From positions 17,088 to 81,087 of the forward strand of contig CAJUDZ010000011.1 in NCBI GenBank assembly GCA_910584965.1: DNA of 64,000 bases. Reading direction: 5' to 3'. Positions 48,346-56,297 of the stretch are shown here, piece by piece; positions within the stretch are counted from its first letter, which is position 1, and every line of letters starts with the position of its first letter. The translations under genes and the position numbers were made by a program. Source of the DNA: an uncultured Lachnospiraceae bacterium (GTDB taxonomy: Bacteria > Bacillota > Clostridia > Lachnospirales > Lachnospiraceae). The notes beneath the pieces are model-generated. The model saw only the letters and a list, made by a program, of their open reading frames with translations, searched no databases and was not told the DNA's origin.

Positions 48346-50478
48346 TCATTCGTCCTCAGAAACGGAAAACTCAATGCTGCGCGTCATGCGCTCCACCCCG
48401 TCCACGCGAATCCGGACGGCTTCTCCCAGACGGAATTTTCTGCCGGTATCCTGCCCTGTCATTTCATACGTATTTTCATCATAGATGTAATAATCTCCGG
48501 GCAGTTTCGATACATGAATCATGCCTTCCACCGTATTGGGCAGTTCCACATAAACGCCCCAGCTCGTAATACCGGAAATAACACCTTCAAACACCTCTCC
48601 GATGCGGCCTTCCATATATTCCGCTTTTTTCAGTTTATCCGTCTCCCGCTCCGCCTCTTCGGCCCGGCGCTCCATTTTGGAAGAATGCTCCGCGATGCGG
48701 GGAAGTCTTTCCTGATAATGTTCCAGCCGTTTTTCCGACAGACGTCCGCGCAGCTGTTCCTTGATAATGCGGTGAATCTGCAAATCCGGATATCGTCTGA
48801 TCGGGGAGGTAAAATGGCAGTAATACTGACACGCAAGCCCGAAATGCCCGCTGCACTCCACCGTATATTTTGCCTGTTTCATGCTCCGCAGCGTCAGCCT
48901 GCTGATCAGCATTTCTTCCGGCGTCCCTTCCATTTTATCCAGCAGTTTCTGTATTTCCTTCGGGTGGACTTCTTCCCGTGAAGTCTTGATATAATAGCCG
49001 AAATTATGCAGAAACGTCGATAATTTCATGATTTTTTCCGGATCAGGCGTGTCATGGGTACGGTACACGAACGGAATTTCCAGCCAGAAAAAGTGCTGGG
49101 CCACCGTTTCGTTGGCAATCAGCATGAAATCCTCAATGATTTTCGTCGCCGTATTCCGCTCATATGGACGAATATCCGCCGTATGCCCCGTTTCGTCCAA
49201 CAGGATCTTCGTTTCCGGAAAATCAAAATCGATGGATCCCCGTTTATGTCTTTTCTGCCGCAAAACGGCCGCGAGTTCGGCCATCATTTCAAACATGGGA
49301 ACGAACGCTTCATATTCCCGGCGTTCCTGTTCGTCGTGGTCTTCCAGAATCTTTTTCACACTCGTATAAGACATCCTTCTGTCAACCCGGATGACGCTTT
49401 CCGCAATCTCATAATCCGTCACACTGCCTCTTTCGTCTATCGTCATCAGACAGCTCAGCGCCAGACGGTCCACGCCCTGATTCAGCGAGCAGATACCGTT
49501 CGACAGCTTATGCGGCAGCATGGGAATGACCCGGTCCACGAGATAGACGCTCGTCCCCCGCTCCGCCGCTTCCCAGTCCAGGGCGGAATTTTCCTGTACA
49601 TAATTGGACACATCCGCAATATGAACGCCAAGATGATACCGTTCTCCTTCTTTGGAAAGGCTGACCGCATCATCCAGATCTTTCGCGTCTTCGCCGTCTA
49701 TCGTCACCATCATCACATCCCGCAGGTCTTTTCGCCCTGCCATGTCCGCTCCCGAAACCTCGTCTGGAACCCGCTCCGTCTGGTTCATAACCTTTTCACC
49801 GAAGTCCGTTGACAGGCCGAATCCCCTGATAATCGACAGGATATCGACACCCGGATCATTGATATGGCCGAGAATTTCCACGACCTTTCCTTCCGGCTTA
49901 TGCCGTTCGTCTCCGTAGCTTGTCAGCTCCACTACTACTTTATGCCCGTCCACGGCGCCTTTAGAACGCTCCTTTGGCACAAAAATATCCGTGCCGATTT
50001 TCCCGTTATCCGGAATGACAAATCCAAAAGACGATGACTGCTCGTAAGTTCCGACGATCTGCCGGGAACCGCGCTCTAAAATTTTACGGACTGCTGCCTC
50101 CTGTCTCTTCCCGCGTTTCCCCGGCATCAGTTCCACCTGTACCCGGTCCATATGAAAAGCGTTGTTCACCATTTCTTCCGGGACATACAAGTCTTCCGCC
50201 CGGCCCTCTATTTCGACAAAGCCAAACCCTTTGGCATTTCCGATAAATGTTCCCGTCAGAAATCTTTCGTCCGGTTTGATATACTTACCTTTCGCAGTTA
50301 TCTGTACTTTTCCTTCCCGCAAAAGCGCATCCAGCACTTTCCGGAACTCTTCCCGGTCCTCTTTTGCCACCTGCATGAACGCCGCAAGTTCTTTTTCCTT
50401 TAACGGCACATACATCTCATCTTCCAAAAGTTCACAGATCAGTTTCTTTCTTTTTTCAAATAATTCCTGACTCAACAT
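48346..50478 (-). CDS. rnr: ribonuclease R
   Basis: Trimmed to MLSQELFEKRKK (AAGGAG RBS). RNB domain (DDAVS, HFGL...YCHFTSPIRRYPD) and C-terminal S1 domain. Confidence 0.9.
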   Translation of the reverse strand: MLSQELFEKRKKLICELLEDEMYVPLKEKELAAFMQVAKEDREEFRKVLDALLREGKVQITAKGKYIKPDERFLTGTFIGNAKGFGFVEIEGRAEDLYVPEEMVNNAFHMDRVQVELMPGKRGKRQEAAVRKILERGSRQIVGTYEQSSSFGFVIPDNGKIGTDIFVPKERSKGAVDGHKVVVELTSYGDERHKPEGKVVEILGHINDPGVDILSIIRGFGLSTDFGEKVMNQTERVPDEVSGADMAGRKDLRDVMMVTIDGEDAKDLDDAVSLSKEGERYHLGVHIADVSNYVQENSALDWEAAERGTSVYLVDRVIPMLPHKLSNGICSLNQGVDRLALSCLMTIDERGSVTDYEIAESVIRVDRRMSYTSVKKILEDHDEQERREYEAFVPMFEMMAELAAVLRQKRHKRGSIDFDFPETKILLDETGHTADIRPYERNTATKIIEDFMLIANETVAQHFFWLEIPFVYRTHDTPDPEKIMKLSTFLHNFGYYIKTSREEVHPKEIQKLLDKMEGTPEEMLISRLTLRSMKQAKYTVECSGHFGLACQYYCHFTSPIRRYPDLQIHRIIKEQLRGRLSEKRLEHYQERLPRIAEHSSKMERRAEEAERETDKLKKAEYMEGRIGEVFEGVISGITSWGVYVELPNTVEGMIHVSKLPGDYYIYDENTYEMTGQDTGRKFRLGEAVRIRVDGVERMTRSIEFSVSEDE

Positions 50479-50515
50479 TATCTCCTTACCCGCTGCGGCG
50501 TTATTTCCTGATAAT

Positions 50516-50546
50516 ATGAAAAGCACTCTTTTGCAAGAGTGCTTTC
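50516..50546 (-). terminator. hairpin/terminator between secG and rnr
   Basis: 11-bp stem AAAGCACTCTT/AAGAGTGCTTT; on the minus strand followed by TTTTCATATT (short U-tract). Confidence 0.5.
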
Positions 50547-50554
50547 AACATCGT

Positions 50555-50794
50555 CTAAAAGACATTCAGGTTCAGAACAATCGCTAACAGCATAAATCCT
50601 ATGGCCAGCCCTGTCGTAATCTTCACGAGCTTTCCTTCCATAGAACGGCCTTTGTTCTTTCCCCAATATGTTTCTGCTGCGCCGCTGACGGCTCCCAGGC
50701 CCGCGGTCTTTCCCTCCTGCATCAGCACCAGTATCACGAGTGCTATACAAATGATAATATATATAACAGTTAATACAATCCTTAACGCTCCCAT
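50555..50794 (-). CDS. secG: preprotein translocase subunit SecG
   Basis: 79 aa, two TM helices, LVLMQEGKTAGLG motif. Confidence 0.85.
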   Translation of the reverse strand: MGALRIVLTVIYIIICIALVILVLMQEGKTAGLGAVSGAAETYWGKNKGRSMEGKLVKITTGLAIGFMLLAIVLNLNVF

Positions 50795-50831
50795 TTGAAA
50801 TCCGCTCCTTTCCCTATATCAAGCAGAATTT

Positions 50832-50860
50832 AGTTTATCACAGAAACGGACAGGATGCAA
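50832..50860 (-). promoter_or_regulatory. candidate promoter for secG (TTGCAT-17 nt-TAAACT, TGA just upstream of the -10)
   Basis: -35 at 50855-50860 and -10 at 50832-50837 on the minus strand. Confidence 0.4.
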
Positions 50861-51013
50861 GAGGGAAATTTCCCAAACAGGGGAAACCGCTTTTGAGCTT
50901 AGTACCGCTACTGCCTTTCGCGGAGCGGAAGCGTGCCTCCAAAGCAGTCATTCCTGTATGGCCTATCCGGCGGGCGGCTGAATTTTTACCATACTTATGT
51001 GAAAACAAGCCCG

Positions 51014-51304
51014 TCAGATTTCATAATCAATACATGCCCTGTTTACCCTGACCGTATAAACAAACTCTCCGAACTCCACATGCTGCGGCGATTTCTGGTA
51101 CGCATCCAGCGTTTGTTCCGAGTCAAAATCGAAGATTAACGCGACGTCGTAATTGGAATCCGGCGTGTTCTCCGCGTTTCTGACGACGTTAAACGATTTT
51201 ATCGTCTCCAGTTCCTTCAGCTTTTCCGCTCTCTTCATAAACTCCGCAATATTGTTTTCTTTGTTTTCCTCTTTCAGGGTAAACATACACACATGTCTGA
51301 TCAT
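51014..51304 (-). CDS. Dabb-family stress-responsive alpha/beta-barrel protein
   Basis: Trimmed to MIRHVCMFTLKEE...LDAYQKSPQHVEF (AAGGAGGA RBS). Confidence 0.75.
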   Translation of the reverse strand: MIRHVCMFTLKEENKENNIAEFMKRAEKLKELETIKSFNVVRNAENTPDSNYDVALIFDFDSEQTLDAYQKSPQHVEFGEFVYTVRVNRACIDYEI

Positions 51305-51480
51305 GCCTTTTCCTCCTTTTTCTTTCCTCCGATCCTGTAGAAGATCAAATAATAGAATAATATACAAACCGCTATTCCGGAAAATGTTTCCGCAATCTTC
51401 CAGTTGAATGCAACGGCCAATACCATCTGTACTGCGATAATTCCTGCGAATGCTGCGATTGTCAATAAAATTTTTTTCAT
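51301..51480 (-). CDS. small membrane protein, 59 aa (below the ORF-track cutoff)
   Basis: My translation: MKKILLTIAAFAGIIAVQMVLAVAFNWKIAETFSGIAVCILFYYLIFYRIGGKKKEEKA. GGGGA RBS. Its stop overlaps the Dabb start codon (ATGA). Confidence 0.45.
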   Translation of the reverse strand: MKKILLTIAAFAGIIAVQMVLAVAFNWKIAETFSGIAVCILFYYLIFYRIGGKKKEEKA

Positions 51481-51600
51481 CTTGATATCCCCTTTTCTTT
51501 TTGATTTGTTTTGCTTTGTTGTTATCAGGATATCAGATAACGGCAGGCCGCTCCATCGATTTTTCTTACAATTTCATGCCGTAACTTACAGTTTTGTAAG

Positions 51601-52542
51601 TTACAGATCAAACGATAACGCCGCGAACGCCTCTTCCATCTCAGGCCGTGCGCCGCGGGCGTTCATCAGGAAGGCTTTCATTTCCGTATGGCGTTCTCCC
51701 ATGTCTTCCAGCACCGCGCTGAAATTCTCATCGTTTATGCAGTCATGGTCCAGCAAAAAGCGGTAGTACTCCCGCTCGTCACCGTGCTCTTCCAGCACCA
51801 CTTCCCAGGTTTCCTCGGAAGCCCCGCCTTTCGTATGGGCGCGCAGATAGGCAAGCAGGTCTTCTCTTACAGCCGGCGCAAGGCCGGTATCGTTCATCAG
51901 CCGCAGCATCGCCAGACGTACTTTGAAGCGCCGCCGCTGCCCGATATAGTAATCCAGGTTGTTTTCTTTGCTTCCGTAATCCTCTTCCCCGCACAAAAGC
52001 ATTTTGGAAAAGCCTTCCGCATCTTCTTTTGACAGCAGGGACAGCATCCGCGCATCCCACCGCTCCAGCCAGCTTTTGCTGCCCGCTTCGAGCGGCTCGA
52101 ATAAATAGAAAGCATCCAGGCTTCCCATGGCCGCCGCCAGCAGACGGGAAACCTGCTCTTCCGTCCCGGAAAGCGATTCCAATGAAGCAAGCCCGTCCCT
52201 TTCCCCGCTCACCGCCGCGATCTGCCGCAGACGGGAACAATCTTTCAAAATGCCCTGGCCCGTATCAATCTTTTTCCGCGGCAGCACAAGCGTCGTCAGC
52301 GCGCTGCAACAGGCAAACGCCCAGTCCTGAATCGAAACGATGCTTTCCGGGAGAAAAAGCTGCTGCAATTCCTTAGCTCCCAGAAACGCCTTTTTGCCGA
52401 TCACCGTAACCGGTCTGTCTTCGAGCCGCTCCGGTATGACCAGCATAATGTCTCTGCCCCGGTATCCGGTCAGGATTACGCCGTCTTCCCGTATTTCATA
52501 TTGCAGAACGCCATGTTTCGTTTCCGTTTCATGCGTTTTCAT
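51601..52542 (-). CDS. protein with N-terminal BspA-type leucine-rich repeats and an uncharacterised helical C-terminal domain
   Basis: VIPERLEDRPVTVIGKKAFLGAKELQQLFLPESIVSIQDWAFACCSALTTLVLP; the rest is not recognised. Confidence 0.6.
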   Translation of the reverse strand: MKTHETETKHGVLQYEIREDGVILTGYRGRDIMLVIPERLEDRPVTVIGKKAFLGAKELQQLFLPESIVSIQDWAFACCSALTTLVLPRKKIDTGQGILKDCSRLRQIAAVSGERDGLASLESLSGTEEQVSRLLAAAMGSLDAFYLFEPLEAGSKSWLERWDARMLSLLSKEDAEGFSKMLLCGEEDYGSKENNLDYYIGQRRRFKVRLAMLRLMNDTGLAPAVREDLLAYLRAHTKGGASEETWEVVLEEHGDEREYYRFLLDHDCINDENFSAVLEDMGERHTEMKAFLMNARGARPEMEEAFAALSFDL

Positions 52543-52587
52543 AATACCTCCGTCAATTCATTCCATTCTGCCGCGCCGGGCATCGTT

Positions 52588-54186
52588 TTATAAAACCAGA
52601 TCAATCTGCTGCATCAGCAGATCGCTCCGCTCGGATACCATCATTTCCGCGTGGTGCTTCCGATAGTCCTCACAGCCGTACATACTGATAAATTTGGCGC
52701 TGTCCTGGTTTACGGTGCACTCTGTCAGCAAGATCAACATTTCATTGCCGGCGCCGAAAGCATCTTCCACAAAGGCAAACAGATAATGCAGTTCTTTTCC
52801 GACCCTTTCCGTCTCCTGCCTGTACGCGGTGACTTCTTCATCATAGCGCGTTTTCAAAAGCCGTACCGCCGCATCCTCATCCGGCACATCATGCAGGCGG
52901 AGTTCCCTCCCGCAGTCCTGCAAAAAACCGATGACCTTCCGCTGCTTCCGCCTTTCCCTGTCGGACAAAGAGCCGGCCTTCTGTAAGGCTTCCATTCCTT
53001 TCCGTCTGCCTTCGATCTGCTTCTCCAGCAGCGCGCGTACCGCATCGCCGGGCCGTCCCTGTTCTTTCTGCCCGTGCGCTCCGGCCGCATTCCCGTCCTG
53101 CTTTCCATCATCCCGGACCACGCCGTCCGCCCCATTCTCCTGAGCCGCGGCGTTACGAAGCGCTTTCATATGCACGAGAAGGCCGCTCAGGTAATCGAGT
53201 TTCTCCATATTTTCCCGGATATCGCGCTGTACACGGTCGATCAGCATTCCCATCAGGGAAAGGCGTTCGTCAAAATCAGCTTTTCTCGCCTTTTCTCCGG
53301 CATCTGCCGTGCTTTTTCCCGCCAGAATATCCTCCACCCGGTAATCCTTTTTATACTTCTGATACAGGTCATAATAGGCGGTAAACTCCCGGACCGCCCG
53401 CGGATTGCGCAGATACTGCTCCACCAGCGATTCCTCCACCTTCATGCCTTCTTCTTCATAAAGCAGCATCATCTCGGACAGATCTTCCCAGCCCCTCGCC
53501 GTGATATACGTTTTGCCCCGCACGGTCGTGCCGACCTGATAGAAATCTTCTTTCTTTAAATCCAGATAATTCAGGATTGCCGTATGAAGGTTCCGGTTTC
53601 TGGCATATTCTTTCCAGACGCCGTAATCCGCTTCCACTTCCAGAATCTTCATCCGGTCTAACGTCACCACGTCAAATTCCCGCACGGATTTGTTGTATTC
53701 CGGCGGATTCCCGGCGGTAACGATGACCCAGCCGTCCGGCACGCTGTGGCGGCCGAACACCTTATACTGGAGAAACTGCAGCATGGAAGGCGCCAGCGTT
53801 TCGGACACGCAGTTAATCTCGTCCAGAAAAAGAATCCCCTCCCGGATACCGCTTTCTTTCATCACATCATAGACCGAAGCTATAATTTCGCTCATCGTGT
53901 ATTCCGAGACGTCATAGCTTTGCCCGTCATATTCCTTATGGGCGATAAACGGAAGTCCCAGCGCCGACTGCCTCGTATGATGGGTCATGGAATAAGATAC
54001 GAGCGCGATGCCGAGCTCCTGTGCGATCTGCTCCATCACGGCCGTCTTGCCGATGCCCGGCGCACCAAGCAGAAAGATCGGCCGCTGCCTCACCACCGGG
54101 ATTCTGTATTCCCCGTCTTCGTCTTTTTTCAGATACAGCTTTACGGAATCTTTGATATATTCCTTGGCTTGTTTAATATTTAACAT
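52588..54186 (-). CDS. MoxR-like AAA+ ATPase with a ~270-aa uncharacterised C-terminal extension
   Basis: Walker A LLGAPGIGKT, Walker B ILFLDEIN, VTAGNPPEYN. Confidence 0.8.
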   Translation of the reverse strand: MLNIKQAKEYIKDSVKLYLKKDEDGEYRIPVVRQRPIFLLGAPGIGKTAVMEQIAQELGIALVSYSMTHHTRQSALGLPFIAHKEYDGQSYDVSEYTMSEIIASVYDVMKESGIREGILFLDEINCVSETLAPSMLQFLQYKVFGRHSVPDGWVIVTAGNPPEYNKSVREFDVVTLDRMKILEVEADYGVWKEYARNRNLHTAILNYLDLKKEDFYQVGTTVRGKTYITARGWEDLSEMMLLYEEEGMKVEESLVEQYLRNPRAVREFTAYYDLYQKYKKDYRVEDILAGKSTADAGEKARKADFDERLSLMGMLIDRVQRDIRENMEKLDYLSGLLVHMKALRNAAAQENGADGVVRDDGKQDGNAAGAHGQKEQGRPGDAVRALLEKQIEGRRKGMEALQKAGSLSDRERRKQRKVIGFLQDCGRELRLHDVPDEDAAVRLLKTRYDEEVTAYRQETERVGKELHYLFAFVEDAFGAGNEMLILLTECTVNQDSAKFISMYGCEDYRKHHAEMMVSERSDLLMQQIDLVL

Positions 54187-55493
54187 TCTGATTCTCCACT
54201 TCCGTCCGGTTCCTCCGGCTCTTCTTCGATCTGCTCTTCATTCAGTACGATCTTAATCGCCCAGGGCGGCACCTCCGGCGCTTCCCCGTCTTCTCCCAGA
54301 AAAATAAAAGCGGTATTGTATTCCGGCATCCGCTCCGGATAGATTCCGTAACCGTCCGTGAAATAAAGAAGCCCTTTCAGCTCCTCAAACTCCCCTGCTT
54401 CCCGCAGCGTTTCCACATATTCAAAAACCGGCCGGAAATCCGTAGAACCAAATCCCCGCAGTTTCCCGCCGGATAAAAAAGCATCGAACTCTTCACGGCA
54501 GGTAATCTTCGTATCGCTCTGCACCTCGTTATCGCACTGGATAATATGCACATTGATCTTCTGAAAAAAATTTTCCTTCTGCTGCATGATCTGATACGTC
54601 CTGCCCAGGAACGCCTGTACCAGTTCCCCCCTGCATGACGCCGACGTATCGATGGCGATCACAAAATCCCTGATCTTATTGGCGTCCTTATACTCGAGCG
54701 GCTCTACGAGCGGCATGTTCCCGTAGCGGGACAGCCCATAGGTATAATAAATATAATCGAACTCATCATCATTGACCTGAATCGTCTCCCCCATCGTCAT
54801 AAACCGCCGCAGGAAATCGCTGTAATCATATCTTTCCCGCACGGCCTCCCGAAGATTCTCCTCGATGCTTTGGGCATTGTTTTTGTCTTTGGAAAAAGAT
54901 TTTAAATCCGCCTTCACCCGTTCGCTGACTTTGCGCCACTCTTCCTGCGAAAGCATCAGCTCTTCTTTTCTGTCCCAGTAAAGATGTTCGTCGTAATGGC
55001 ATAATTCCCGCCATTCCTTCAAAGCCTTACCGGAAGGCGCCTCTATCCGGAAATGCCTGTAAAGTTTCTCCGCCGTGAGTCCCCCGGCCTGCCTGCGCAG
55101 GATTTCCAGTCTGCCCCGCAGCACCGCATCCGAAGGCAGCGCGGCCAGATGCAGGTTCATATCCAGTATGGTATTCTCCACCGCGATATCGGTGGATAAA
55201 TCCCACAGTTCCCGGTCCAGTTTCCCGGTCTGAAAACTATGGTAAAAAATACAGTGCAGAAGCGTATGCAGATAGAGCCGTACCATAAAATGGGGCTCCT
55301 TCCGGTATCCGGAAAGCAGCAGCGCCGGGTCATAATAAAGCGTGCCTCCGTCGAAGGCAAACGCGCCCATCCGTTCCCGTTCTTCCAGCTTTAATTTATC
55401 GAGCGCCACATCCAGAAAACGCATATTGATCAGAATGCCGTCATGAGCCAGCCGGATAACCTCACGGGCCAGCGACGATATTGTTTCCGCCAT
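54180..55493 (-). CDS. DUF2201-type protein: putative metallopeptidase-like N-domain plus VWA domain
   Basis: VWA MIDAS motif DxSxS intact (AIDTSAS) and downstream FTDGYG. The N-domain signature reads HTLLH where I expect HExxH. 7-nt overlap with the AAA+ gene. Confidence 0.7.
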   Translation of the reverse strand: MAETISSLAREVIRLAHDGILINMRFLDVALDKLKLEERERMGAFAFDGGTLYYDPALLLSGYRKEPHFMVRLYLHTLLHCIFYHSFQTGKLDRELWDLSTDIAVENTILDMNLHLAALPSDAVLRGRLEILRRQAGGLTAEKLYRHFRIEAPSGKALKEWRELCHYDEHLYWDRKEELMLSQEEWRKVSERVKADLKSFSKDKNNAQSIEENLREAVRERYDYSDFLRRFMTMGETIQVNDDEFDYIYYTYGLSRYGNMPLVEPLEYKDANKIRDFVIAIDTSASCRGELVQAFLGRTYQIMQQKENFFQKINVHIIQCDNEVQSDTKITCREEFDAFLSGGKLRGFGSTDFRPVFEYVETLREAGEFEELKGLLYFTDGYGIYPERMPEYNTAFIFLGEDGEAPEVPPWAIKIVLNEEQIEEEPEEPDGSGESEC

Positions 55494-55603
55494 CGTTACG
55501 GATACGCCTCCCTTCTTACGCCGCGGCGTAACGTGCCGGGACCGATAGCCGCCGGCACAAATTTGCGGCTGAAAGAACCGCTTCTTTCAACCGCATCGAA
55601 ATA

Positions 55604-56233
55604 TCATAAAAATGGATTATACTTCCTTTCATGGCCGATATCAGTTGTCTCGCCATGCCCCGGATAGACTTTTACCTCATCCGGCAGAACGAGCAGCCTT
55701 TCCTTTATGGAATGAATAAGCGCACCCATGCTGCCCGTCGCCAGGTCCGTACGTCCGACCGACTCCTGGAACAGCGTGTCGCCGCTGATTAAAATGCCGT
55801 CTTCTTCAAAATAATAGCAGCAGCTCCCGACCGTATGCCCCGGCGTCGCAAGCAGTTTACAGGTGATTCCCGCAATCGTGATTTCTTCGTTATCCTTTAA
55901 ATACCCGTCCGGTATTACCGTGTAGGCTCTGCCAACCTGCTCAGACACATTGGTTACCGCATCTTCGCACAGCGCCTTTTCCGCTTCATAGGCGTAAATC
56001 GGCGCGCCCGAAAGCTCCCGCAGCTTATTGGTTCCCCAGATATGATCGAAATGCCCGTGGGTCAGCAGGATGCCCGCCACCCGAAATCCCTTTTCCTTCA
56101 GGGCTTCGTAAATATAATCGCCTTTATCCGCCGGGTCAAAAAGAACCGCGTCCTTTTCCCCTTCTTTGTATACAAAATAACAATTTGTCTGACAGATGCC
56201 AATCATCAGTCTGCCCACTTTCAAATTTCCCAT
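55604..56233 (-). CDS. MBL-fold metallo-hydrolase (glyoxalase II-like)
   Basis: LTHGHFDH, TPGHT, GHG motifs. Confidence 0.8.
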   Translation of the reverse strand: MGNLKVGRLMIGICQTNCYFVYKEGEKDAVLFDPADKGDYIYEALKEKGFRVAGILLTHGHFDHIWGTNKLRELSGAPIYAYEAEKALCEDAVTNVSEQVGRAYTVIPDGYLKDNEEITIAGITCKLLATPGHTVGSCCYYFEEDGILISGDTLFQESVGRTDLATGSMGALIHSIKERLLVLPDEVKVYPGHGETTDIGHERKYNPFL

Positions 56234-56297
56234 CCGGTATATACTCCTTCCCGTTCAGCGCTCTCATGCACAAAATCTGTCTGCCGCGCTTTTCTTG

